Origin: Candidatus Hydrogenedentota bacterium | Lineage (GTDB): Bacteria; Hydrogenedentota; Hydrogenedentia; Hydrogenedentales; SLHB01 | Direction: 5' to 3' | Length of the DNA stretch: 64,000 bases | NCBI GenBank assembly: GCA_963745075.1 | Contig: CAVUWV010000019.1 | Location: forward strand, 32,001 to 96,000 | Shown: in pieces, positions 9,500-17,891 of the stretch | Position numbering within the stretch: position 1 is the stretch's first letter | How the letters are laid out: each line of letters opens with the position of its first letter | Notes under the pieces: generated by a model | Told to the model about the DNA's origin: nothing | The model's database searches: none | The model's input: only the letters and a program-made list of their open reading frames with translations | Program-made: the position numbers and the translations under genes

Positions 9500-10456
9500 T
9501 CACGCGTGGGGGTGGGCGTCCCGGTAGACTTGTTTCAGACGGTCGATGCTGACGTGGGTGTAGATCTGCGTACTGGAGAGGCTCTCGTGTCCCAGCAGCT
9601 CTTGAACGACGCGAAGATCTGCGCCCGCATTGAGCATGTGCGTGGCGAAGGTGTGACGCAACGTGTGAGGGGAAATGGCGCGGCGTCCGGGCAAGGCTTG
9701 GCGCACATACTGTTCAACGACGCGCTGGACGCTGCGGGTCGTGAGCGGACCACCCCGGAAATTCACGAATAACCGTTCATGTTTGGGATTGCCCAGAGAA
9801 CCCCTCACATGAAGATAGGCGAGCAATGCCTCCGTGGCGTAGCTCCCGAGGTAGGCGATTCGTTCTTTGCGTCGTTTGCCCAAGACCACCATGGTGCCGC
9901 CGACGAGATCGAGGGAACGCAATACCAGGCCTGCCAGTTCCGCCGCGCGAATGCCACTCGAATACAAGGTCTCCAGGATCGCGCGATCGCGGATCCCGAG
10001 CGGCTCGGACGTGTCCGGCGCGTCGAGCAGCGCGGTGACTTCCGGAATGCTGAGGACGTCGGGCAGATCGCGGGCAAGTTTCGGTGATTTGACGGTCTGC
10101 GCGGGATTGGTTTCCAGCTCCCCGATGCGGACGTAGAATTTGTACGCGGCACGGATGGCGGCGAGTTTTCGCGCGGACGTTTTTGGCGTGCCGCCGCCCG
10201 TCTGCACGTGAGCCAGGAACGCGCGAATGTCGTTCCGCCCCGCCCGGCGCAGGGCGTCGACGGAAGCCGGCGGTCGGTCGCCCGGCTCGCGGGATAGGGA
10301 GTCGGGGCCATGGTCCACATAATCGCAGAACTGGGCAAGATCCAGGAGATACGCACGCAACGTATGCGCGGAGAACGCGCGTTCCGTTTCCAGATAATCG
10401 ATGAATTGCTGCACGTACCGTCCGTTCCGTTCGTCAAGCACACCACAAAGTTTCAT
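9500..10456 (-). CDS. xerC: Tyrosine recombinase XerC
   Basis: SAHTLRAY SAM-like domain; catalytic R (SGIRAAEL), K, HTLRH, LLGH, TQIYTH; directly downstream of topA; exact start uncertain. Confidence 0.85.
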   Translation of the reverse strand: MKLCGVLDERNGRYVQQFIDYLETERAFSAHTLRAYLLDLAQFCDYVDHGPDSLSREPGDRPPASVDALRRAGRNDIRAFLAHVQTGGGTPKTSARKLAAIRAAYKFYVRIGELETNPAQTVKSPKLARDLPDVLSIPEVTALLDAPDTSEPLGIRDRAILETLYSSGIRAAELAGLVLRSLDLVGGTMVVLGKRRKERIAYLGSYATEALLAYLHVRGSLGNPKHERLFVNFRGGPLTTRSVQRVVEQYVRQALPGRRAISPHTLRHTFATHMLNAGADLRVVQELLGHESLSSTQIYTHVSIDRLKQVYRDAHPHA

Positions 10457-10528
10457 AGAGAGTGTGTCGGTGCGGGACGATGAAAGCAAGCGGAACGGCG
10501 CGGCACGGCCGGAAGGACCGACGCGATC

Positions 10529-13177
10529 TTACTTCGATCTCGGCTTCCGCTTCGCTTTCGGCTTGGCTTTGCGCTTGGCCGGTTTCTTAGCGGCGTTGGC
10601 GAGGAGCTCTTTTGCCTGCTCCAGCGTGACCGCCGCGGGATCGACATCCTTCGGCAGGGAGGCGTTAACCTTGCCATTGGTGACGAAGGGACCGTACCGG
10701 CCTTCGCAGACTTCGATGGTTTTCTTCGTCTCTTCGTCCTCACCCAGGGTTGCGATGACCTTCTTCGTGGCGCGACGACTCTTTTTGGGTTGAGCAAGGA
10801 GTTCCAGGGCCCGTTCAAAGGTGATGGTATAGACGTCGTCGTCGGTTTCGAGACTCCGGAACTCGTCGCCCCACTTCACAAAAGGTCCAAACCGGCCGAT
10901 GGCAGCCGTGACGATTTCACCGTTCTCGGGATGGGCTCCGAGTTCACGCGGAAGTGAAAGGAGTTTTACTGCCAGCGCGGGATCGACATTGTGCAGGTCT
11001 GTTCCTTTCGGCAGACTCGCGCGCTTGGGTTTCTTGTTCTTGTCGGTCTTTTCGCCCAACTGCACGTAGGGGCCGTACGGTCCAAGCAGGGCGAAGATCG
11101 GTTCATTTGTTTCGGGGTGATAGCCGATGGCTTCGTTGCTCTTTTCTTTGTGCTTGAGCAGTTCGAGCGCTTTGTCCACCGTCAACTCTTCATACGTGAT
11201 GTCCAGGGGAATGGTGACCGTGTTGTCCGGCCCGCCTTCGCCGCGCTGAATGAACGGCGACGTGCGACCGACGCGAACGACGATAGGCTGTTTGCTGTCC
11301 GGGTCTTCGCCCACGGGAATCGTGGGGTACTCCATCTCCGGGAGCTCGCGTTCGATCTGCGGCACCAATCCGTGGCCGAACTGGCCTTCTCCGCGATAAA
11401 AGGCGGCCAGAAAGTCTACCCAGTTCTGTTTCCCGTTGGAGATGTCGTCAAGGGCATCTTCCATGCGGGCGGTGAAACCCAGGTCGACGTACTCCTCGAA
11501 ATGCTGTCGCAAAAGTTTGATGACGGCGATCGCGAGGAAGGTCGGTAGCAGTGCTTTGCCGCGACGTTCCACGTACCCCCGGTTCTGAATGGTCGACACC
11601 GTCGGGGCGTACGTGGACGGGCGGCCGATCCCTTCTTCTTCGAGCCGTTGGATCAGGGATGCTTCGGTGAACCGCGCGGGAGGCTGGGTCCGGTGCGCGT
11701 TGGCTTCAATATCCACGAGACTGAGGCCGCCGTTCGCGGCTGTTCCGGCTGAAACCTGCTGACCTTCCTCGAGATGGGGTAGTTCCGTGTCACGCTGCGC
11801 CGTGTCCGCCACGCGCAAGTAGCCCGGGAACGCCACCACCGAACCGTTGGCGCGTAGAGTGGCGGACTTGCCGTCGGCGGTGGCCGCAAAGTCGACGGTG
11901 GTCTTTAAGAGGACCGCATCCGCCATCTGAGAGGCAATCGTCCGGTTCCAAATGAGTTTGTACAGGGCAAGCTGGTCGCCGTCCAGGTACCGCGCCATCT
12001 GTTCCGGCGTGCGATCCAAATGGGTGGGGCGGATGGCTTCATGAGCTTCCTGGGCGTTCTTGGACTTCGTCGTGTAGCGCCGCGGTCCCCGGTAATAGTC
12101 TTCGCCAAACGACGATTTGACGACGTGGCCGGCTTCCGCCAGCGCTTTCTCGCTGAGCGTCAGCGAGTCGGTACGCATGTAGGTGATTACACCTTCGCGT
12201 TCGCCGCCGCCGAGATCCACCCCTTCGTACAAGCTTTGCGCGACCTGCATGGTTTTGCGCGGCGAGAGGTTAAGGTTCGAACTGGCCGCCTGTTGCAGGG
12301 TGGACGTGATAAACGGGGGCGCGGGGCGCTGCGTAGTCTTCTTCTGCTCGACCCGGACGACCCGCCATGGAAGTCCGGCCCGCAGTGACCCGGACAGCGC
12401 GTTGGCGTCCGACTCCAGGAGGTGGACGACCTCGGCGCGGGTCTTCGCGTCGTCTTTCAATTCGCCGGTCGCCGCGTCGAAATCCTTGCCCGTCGCGGGC
12501 CGGCGCCCGTCCAGTTCGACGAGTGCGGCGCTGAACACGATACCGCTCGCGGCGAGCTGGGCTTCCACACTCCAGTAGCCCGCGATGCGGAAGGCCTTCC
12601 GCTCCTCTTCCCGTTCGACGATCAGACGGACTGCGACGCTCTGGACGCGGCCGGCACTGAGTTTTGGCGCGACTTTTTTCCAGAGCACCGGCGAGAGTTC
12701 GTACCCGAAAAGGCGGTCGAGGACCCGGCGGCTTTCCTGGGCTCGCACGAGGTCGTCGTTCACGGAGCGCGGGCTGGAAAGGGCTTCATCGATTGCGGAC
12801 TGGGTGATTTCGTGAAAGGCGATTCGCTTTACCGGGATCTTGGGCTTGAGCGTTTCCAGGAGATGCCAACTGATGGATTCCCCTTCCCGGTCCTCATCGG
12901 TGGCGAGTACGAGTTCGTCGGCTTCCTTGAGCGCTTTCTTCAGTTCGGCGATGCGAGGTTTGCTCTCTTTGGAGACCACATAGACGGGGGTAAACCCATT
13001 CTCCGTATCGACCGCGAGACGCGCCCAGGGCTTGGACTTGATCGCCGCCGGAATCTCGGCTGCGGAACCCGGGAGATCGCGAATATGACCGTAACTGGCC
13101 ATGACCTTGTAGTCCTTGCCGAGAAAGCGGCCGATGGTCTTCGCTTTAGCCGGAGACTCTACAATAACGAGTTTCAA
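10529..13177 (-). CDS. topA: DNA topoisomerase I with C-terminal repeats and Lys-rich tail
   Basis: LVIVESPAKAK, ATDEDREGE, SAGRVQS, ITYMRTDS, AHEAIRPT, GIGRPSTYA, repeated GRFGPF/GPYGPY. Confidence 0.97.
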   Translation of the reverse strand: MKLVIVESPAKAKTIGRFLGKDYKVMASYGHIRDLPGSAAEIPAAIKSKPWARLAVDTENGFTPVYVVSKESKPRIAELKKALKEADELVLATDEDREGESISWHLLETLKPKIPVKRIAFHEITQSAIDEALSSPRSVNDDLVRAQESRRVLDRLFGYELSPVLWKKVAPKLSAGRVQSVAVRLIVEREEERKAFRIAGYWSVEAQLAASGIVFSAALVELDGRRPATGKDFDAATGELKDDAKTRAEVVHLLESDANALSGSLRAGLPWRVVRVEQKKTTQRPAPPFITSTLQQAASSNLNLSPRKTMQVAQSLYEGVDLGGGEREGVITYMRTDSLTLSEKALAEAGHVVKSSFGEDYYRGPRRYTTKSKNAQEAHEAIRPTHLDRTPEQMARYLDGDQLALYKLIWNRTIASQMADAVLLKTTVDFAATADGKSATLRANGSVVAFPGYLRVADTAQRDTELPHLEEGQQVSAGTAANGGLSLVDIEANAHRTQPPARFTEASLIQRLEEEGIGRPSTYAPTVSTIQNRGYVERRGKALLPTFLAIAVIKLLRQHFEEYVDLGFTARMEDALDDISNGKQNWVDFLAAFYRGEGQFGHGLVPQIERELPEMEYPTIPVGEDPDSKQPIVVRVGRTSPFIQRGEGGPDNTVTIPLDITYEELTVDKALELLKHKEKSNEAIGYHPETNEPIFALLGPYGPYVQLGEKTDKNKKPKRASLPKGTDLHNVDPALAVKLLSLPRELGAHPENGEIVTAAIGRFGPFVKWGDEFRSLETDDDVYTITFERALELLAQPKKSRRATKKVIATLGEDEETKKTIEVCEGRYGPFVTNGKVNASLPKDVDPAAVTLEQAKELLANAAKKPAKRKAKPKAKRKPRSK

Positions 13178-13438
13178 AACGTGTTTTCCTATCCCACGGG
13201 TTGCTTAGCGACGGGCTTCGCCATTCGCATCCTGCAGCAAGTTGGTGTGTAATCCACGACGGCGACGTGACGGGGCCTTGACAGGGACCCCACACCGGTC
13301 TCCGCCGTAGAACGGAGAGACTATACCCTGTGCCCACAGATTCTGGCAATCCCTGCCCAAGGGAACCGGGCAAGAAAGTAACGGACGCCTTACCCCCCTT
13401 TTTTGGGACAGGCGTCCAGGGTGAACTCAACAAATGGG

Positions 13439-13897
13439 TTAGTGGAAGACTTCCCGTTCGCCCTCCATGACGCCATAGATGGTTTGTTGTGACTCGAAAT
13501 CGCGCCCGCCACAGACCAACCACGAGATCAGGTAATCCAATTCGTCCAGCCCGATTTCACCGTCGAAATGGTTCAAGTGGTCCAAGAGCATTTCCCGTTC
13601 GGTCGGGTCGATCAACCCATACAACTCGAGGCGAACCAAAGCGTCCCTCGCGGCAGAAGAGAGCTTATATTCCTCCAACAGCGAAAGGAGCCGTACCGAA
13701 CGTGGAGATGCATCAAGGACTTGTGGGCCCTTCGTAATCCGGCGACCCACCAGTTTGATGACTGCATCGATGTCTCGCTTCTTATAGCCTTGACCGGCCA
13801 ACCAGGAGCGAATCCCACTTTCCGTGGGAAGCGCGTCGGGCTGTTCTTCGATATGCTTTAAGATGACGTCAACAAGCTTCGTCAGTGATTGCTTCAT
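13439..13897 (-). CDS. Smg / DUF494-like protein
   Basis: 152 aa; SVRLLSLLEEYKLS..L..LE..GLIDPTEREM pattern; position upstream of topA is typical for smg. Confidence 0.65.
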   Translation of the reverse strand: MKQSLTKLVDVILKHIEEQPDALPTESGIRSWLAGQGYKKRDIDAVIKLVGRRITKGPQVLDASPRSVRLLSLLEEYKLSSAARDALVRLELYGLIDPTEREMLLDHLNHFDGEIGLDELDYLISWLVCGGRDFESQQTIYGVMEGEREVFH

Positions 13898-14093
13898 CCA
13901 CGGCTCCCGTGACAGTTACTCCGGGGCACGAATCGTACTGCTTCCTACCCGCCTGTATTTTAGGGGGCTGAGAATAGCGTGTCAACCGGATTCGGCGGTT
14001 CCTTGCCCGTGGAGCGGGACGCGAGACCGGCTGGGGCGGAGAAACCGGCTTAAACCTGACTGTGTGTGTAATCATTATTGCGATCCTAACCTA

Positions 14094-14122
14094 TTGACAG
14101 ATTCTGCATTGCTCGATATTCT
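14094..14122 (+). promoter_or_regulatory. Putative sigma70 promoter of the cold-shock gene
   Basis: TTGACA-17 bp-TATTCT; about 95-nt leader with hairpin GCCCCGG-TAT-CCGGGGC. Confidence 0.6.
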
Positions 14123-14222
14123 AAAAGGGTGCAGGGCGGGGAATAAGGCCTGGTGGTAGATTTGAAGTGGTATGTTGCCCCGGTATCCGGGGCGGAGCTG
14201 AAGTGGGAGAGAGGGTAGCGTA

Positions 14223-14450
14223 GTGTCAGACGGAGTAACTCAAGCAAGTTTGCGCGGCAAGGTGAAGTGGTTTAACGATCAGAAAGGGTATGGGTTCATT
14301 ACTCGCGACGACAGCCCGGATGTGTTCGTGCATCATTCCGCAATCCAGATGGACGGATTCCGCACCCTTCGTGAAGGGGAGGAGGTCCAGTTCGAATTGC
14401 TGGAGAGTCCGAAAGGATTGCAGGCCGTCAACGTGATGCGTGCCGATTAG
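14223..14450 (+). CDS. Cold-shock domain protein
   Basis: [15 protein letters not shown] (RNP1), DVFVHHSAI (RNP2), [16 protein letters not shown]. Confidence 0.95.
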   Translation: MSDGVTQASLRGKVKWFNDQKGYGFITRDDSPDVFVHHSAIQMDGFRTLREGEEVQFELLESPKGLQAVNVMRAD

Positions 14451-14518
14451 TCCGCATTTCTGATACGCGCAGATCGATGAGCTGCCACAACGAGGTGGGA
14501 AATGGCGCGTAGCTGCCA

Positions 14519-17140
14519 TTGAACTTTTCGTTGCGGGTGCATAGGGTTGTGGCTGGAGCGCGCAGCGTATGGGTTGCGCGTGCACAACGCGAGAGAGTTG
14601 TCGTGTCCAGCCAAGCAGCAAGGTATGTGTTTTCCCGAATCCTGTGTACGGCAGTGCTGTGTCTTGTTTTGCCGGGAAAGGCCGACGTACCGCTCCCTCC
14701 CGATTTGCCGGCCGTGGTGTTGTGGACATCTGTCGACTTTTGCCCGGCGGAGGACGAAGCGAGAGCTTGGCGCGCCCGGGGCATCACGGGGGCCACGCTG
14801 ACGGGCACCGCCGATGCGATTCGTACGTCCGCTTCCGTTCTCATCGCGGCAGGGGTTGCGCACAATTTTGTTCGATTTGATCCAGGTGCCGTAGTCACGT
14901 TCGGCGGCGACGGGGCGCGGCCGACAGCGATCGAGAAGGTACGAACCTCCGCGGAAACGGCCCATTCTATGGGAATGGCCGGTGTCGTGTTCGACCTGAC
15001 GGACTTGGCGCGGGCCAAAAAGCCGGGAATCGGCAGTGACATGAGCCCCATCGAACTCGAAGGGGTGCGGACATGGGGCCGTCTCCTCGCCGAGGCGGTT
15101 CTCGACGCAATGCCGAAGGGAACGGTCCTTGTCCTGATTCCTCCACCGGGGCAAGCGTCTTCCGCGATAATCAGCGCGTTGCTCGGTATGTGCGACGAAA
15201 TTGCGGCGCATAGGGGTTTCACTATTCATCTCATCGTGCCCGGCGATGCCACGCCCGACGAAGTCCGTGGACGAATAACAAAATACCGGCGCCTGCTCAA
15301 CGTGCGCGGTGCCGGTGAAGTCTCGGAAATGTCGCTCGTTTTCGATTTATCGCTTGGGCTATCGCGTCCCAAAGCTGCGTTGGACGACGAGACAAAGCGC
15401 GAGCGCATTATCGAGGCGAATATCGGCGCGGAATCCTATGTCTTCCTTTCTCCCGATTCGGTCCCGGCGCGCGCAAACGATACGCCAAAGTTGAGAGATT
15501 CGTGCGTTGCTCCGCTTGCGAATTTGGTGCGGGCGGGCGTTGCGCAGGCCGGAGGGAACCGCGCCGAGGTTCTGTGCGGTAAGGACGGCGCGGCGCTGGC
15601 CTTTTTGTCCGGTACACGGGAATCCTTCCAACTCATGGAACGTGCGCTGCCGGTCCGGGTAATTGACCTCCGAACGTTCAAATCCCAAACGATTTCGCCG
15701 AACGACGGCGCCCTTGAACTGGGGCCGTTCGCGGGCCCTATGCTGGTGGACCGGTTACAGGTCAGTAACTGGGTCGTGCCGTCGAGTCTATGGTTGGAGC
15801 GGGGTACGGTACCGCCGGGCCCGGTCCATTCCATTCCGGTTGCATTTGGTTGGGCCAACCGAACGGCGCTTCGATTCACGGGCACTTTGGAGACGGTGGT
15901 CCCCAAGGGATTTTCGTTGTTGCCCCGCACACAGGTGATTGATCTCGAACCGGGCGAATCTGTGGTGATAGACGGCACCTTGCAAGGACGTGCAACGCGC
16001 GGTACGCAGGTGGACATACGCCTGGTGCTTACCAGTCCGGGTGGCGCGCCGGCAGCCGGAAACTTTGCCGTTCCCGTCCCGCCGGATCTGTTTTGGAACG
16101 TACCCACGGGGTGGTCCTGCGACACGCCGCCCGCCCTTGTCGATTTGGACGGGGACGAAAGTGCGGAAGTCGTGGCCGGCACCCGCGACGCGCTTCGCGC
16201 GTTGGATGGATCGGGACACACGCTCTGGCAAGTTCCGGTGAACGCCGGGATTACGACTCCACCGGTGGGCGCGCGCCGATGGTCCGGGCGCAATCTCGTT
16301 GCCGTAGGTTCAAGCCGCGGGGTCGAGGCATTCGGTGACGACGGGTCTACGTTGTGGTGTACGCCGGTGCCCGGCGACGTTCGCGTAATTCGCACCGGGA
16401 ATCTGACACCATTTCCGGGAGAAGAACTCGTTGTGGGTACCGGGAAAGGCGTGGTGTCCGCCCTGCTTTCGAATGGCCAAGTTCTGTGGTCCGCGCTGGT
16501 CGATGGACCGGTTTCCGATCTCGATGTGGAAGACGTGGACGGCGACGGTCGTGACGAATGCCTGGTATTGTCAGGTGGATTGACAGCGTTAGACGAGAAG
16601 GGTCACCCGATTTGGACCGCGATGGAAGGCGCGGCGCCTACGCAATGTCCGCTGTTGATTGCCGACCTGAGCGGCGACTGGAACTGGGACGTCGTGGTCG
16701 GTTTCGACGACGGCCGCGTCACCACGCTCAATGCCGGCACCGGTGAAACCGTGAACGCCGATGAAGTACCCGCTGGTCCGATTGTGGGCATCGCGTGCGG
16801 CGAACTGTTGGAGAATCCCGGCCAGGAACTCCTGGTTGCGACGGCGCGCAGTCTCTACTGCCTTTCCCAGGACCTGACCATCCTTTGGGCGAAGGCGTTC
16901 CACGTGAGCGCGGCGCCAACCGCTATCGGCGAGGGTGAAGACGCGCGAATACTTGTTCCCACCCGATTGGGCGACTTGGTTTGTCTCGATGCAAGAGGCC
17001 AGGAACGCTGGCGTGACAAACGCGCCGGTGACTCGATTCCTTTCACTCCGTCCCTCGTCTTCTCCAACTCCGGTGAAGCGGCGGTTTGCATGTACGGTTC
17101 GTTGGATGGACACCTGCGCGCGATTCAGTTGCCGGGCTAG
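14519..17140 (+). CDS. Secreted multidomain protein with Ig-like domain and C-terminal FG-GAP/PQQ-like beta-propeller
   Basis: Repeats DLDGDESAEVV, DVDGDGRDECL, DLSGDWNWDVVVG, G..LW; true start probably later (signal-like VFSRILCTAVLCLVL). Confidence 0.7.
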   Translation: MNFSLRVHRVVAGARSVWVARAQRERVVVSSQAARYVFSRILCTAVLCLVLPGKADVPLPPDLPAVVLWTSVDFCPAEDEARAWRARGITGATLTGTADAIRTSASVLIAAGVAHNFVRFDPGAVVTFGGDGARPTAIEKVRTSAETAHSMGMAGVVFDLTDLARAKKPGIGSDMSPIELEGVRTWGRLLAEAVLDAMPKGTVLVLIPPPGQASSAIISALLGMCDEIAAHRGFTIHLIVPGDATPDEVRGRITKYRRLLNVRGAGEVSEMSLVFDLSLGLSRPKAALDDETKRERIIEANIGAESYVFLSPDSVPARANDTPKLRDSCVAPLANLVRAGVAQAGGNRAEVLCGKDGAALAFLSGTRESFQLMERALPVRVIDLRTFKSQTISPNDGALELGPFAGPMLVDRLQVSNWVVPSSLWLERGTVPPGPVHSIPVAFGWANRTALRFTGTLETVVPKGFSLLPRTQVIDLEPGESVVIDGTLQGRATRGTQVDIRLVLTSPGGAPAAGNFAVPVPPDLFWNVPTGWSCDTPPALVDLDGDESAEVVAGTRDALRALDGSGHTLWQVPVNAGITTPPVGARRWSGRNLVAVGSSRGVEAFGDDGSTLWCTPVPGDVRVIRTGNLTPFPGEELVVGTGKGVVSALLSNGQVLWSALVDGPVSDLDVEDVDGDGRDECLVLSGGLTALDEKGHPIWTAMEGAAPTQCPLLIADLSGDWNWDVVVGFDDGRVTTLNAGTGETVNADEVPAGPIVGIACGELLENPGQELLVATARSLYCLSQDLTILWAKAFHVSAAPTAIGEGEDARILVPTRLGDLVCLDARGQERWRDKRAGDSIPFTPSLVFSNSGEAAVCMYGSLDGHLRAIQLPG

Positions 17141-17227
17141 TTAACAATCCAGATTGCGTGGGCAAGCGGCTAAGACCCGGGGATCGCAGTGGAGTCGTCC
17201 GCAATTTCGCGTGCGACCGTGCGCAAG

Positions 17228-17649
17228 TCACGCGCCCAGTGGATTCTCCCAGCGCAAAACGGGAAACCGCTGTCCGTACTGCAAAGTGTGAGACCGTGTT
17301 CGATAGTCAAGGCCGCGAGATGCGCATCGGATACCAGGTTGGCGTGGACATCCGACGCACTCAGTAGTTGTCCGAGCACTTCGGTGTGACGCAAGGAGGG
17401 TTGTGGATTCCAGACGGTCTTACAGGAAAGCCAATGTGCGACTTGCTGCCGGGCGCCGGGCACGGCCTCAGGCGGTTCGAAGACGCGTGGGTTTGTCATC
17501 AAGCGAACAAATGCGAGTAAGCTCTCCCACGGTAATCCGACGCGACTCTGACCATTGAGTCTACCGTCGAGCCAATCGTGAGCTGCGACATGTTGTTGAA
17601 AGGATTCGACGTGCGCGTAGAGGAGCAGATTACCGCCGACGAGAATCAC
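17228..17649 (-). pseudogene. vapC: Degenerate VapC (PIN) toxin
   Basis: MILVGGNLLLYA (family ILVDAN), NLVSDAHLAAL.IEHG; the family C-terminus RFPVLRWENPLGA* lies in another frame ending at TGA 17228. Confidence 0.75.
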
Positions 17650-17891
17650 TTGTGGTCCTCGCCGTCGGCATAGGCGATGACTTCGGAGGCGTTGTCCACG
17701 TTAGGCAGACGGCAGCGCATAGAAACGGTATTTGTGCGAAATGGTTCCGGCTTCTTGCGAGGCGTCGCCATGGCGCGAAGCCCCAGCCGAAGCGCTTCAT
17801 TGATGAGTTGCTTCAGACTTCGGTCTCGGGTAGCCCGAAGCCGTTTCAATTCGACTGCCACATCATCGTCAAGTGTCAAAGTTGTTCTCAT
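17646..17891 (-). CDS. vapB: VapB-type ribbon-helix-helix antitoxin
   Basis: MRTTLTLDDDV...SLKQLINEALRLGL; GTGA overlap with vapC. Confidence 0.85.
   Translation of the reverse strand: MRTTLTLDDDVAVELKRLRATRDRSLKQLINEALRLGLRAMATPRKKPEPFRTNTVSMRCRLPNVDNASEVIAYADGEDHK

Noticed and set aside
9500..10456. Tyrosine recombinase as a phage or island integrase
   Set aside because: XerC-like sequence in housekeeping topA/hslV context; no att repeats, tRNA or phage genes seen.
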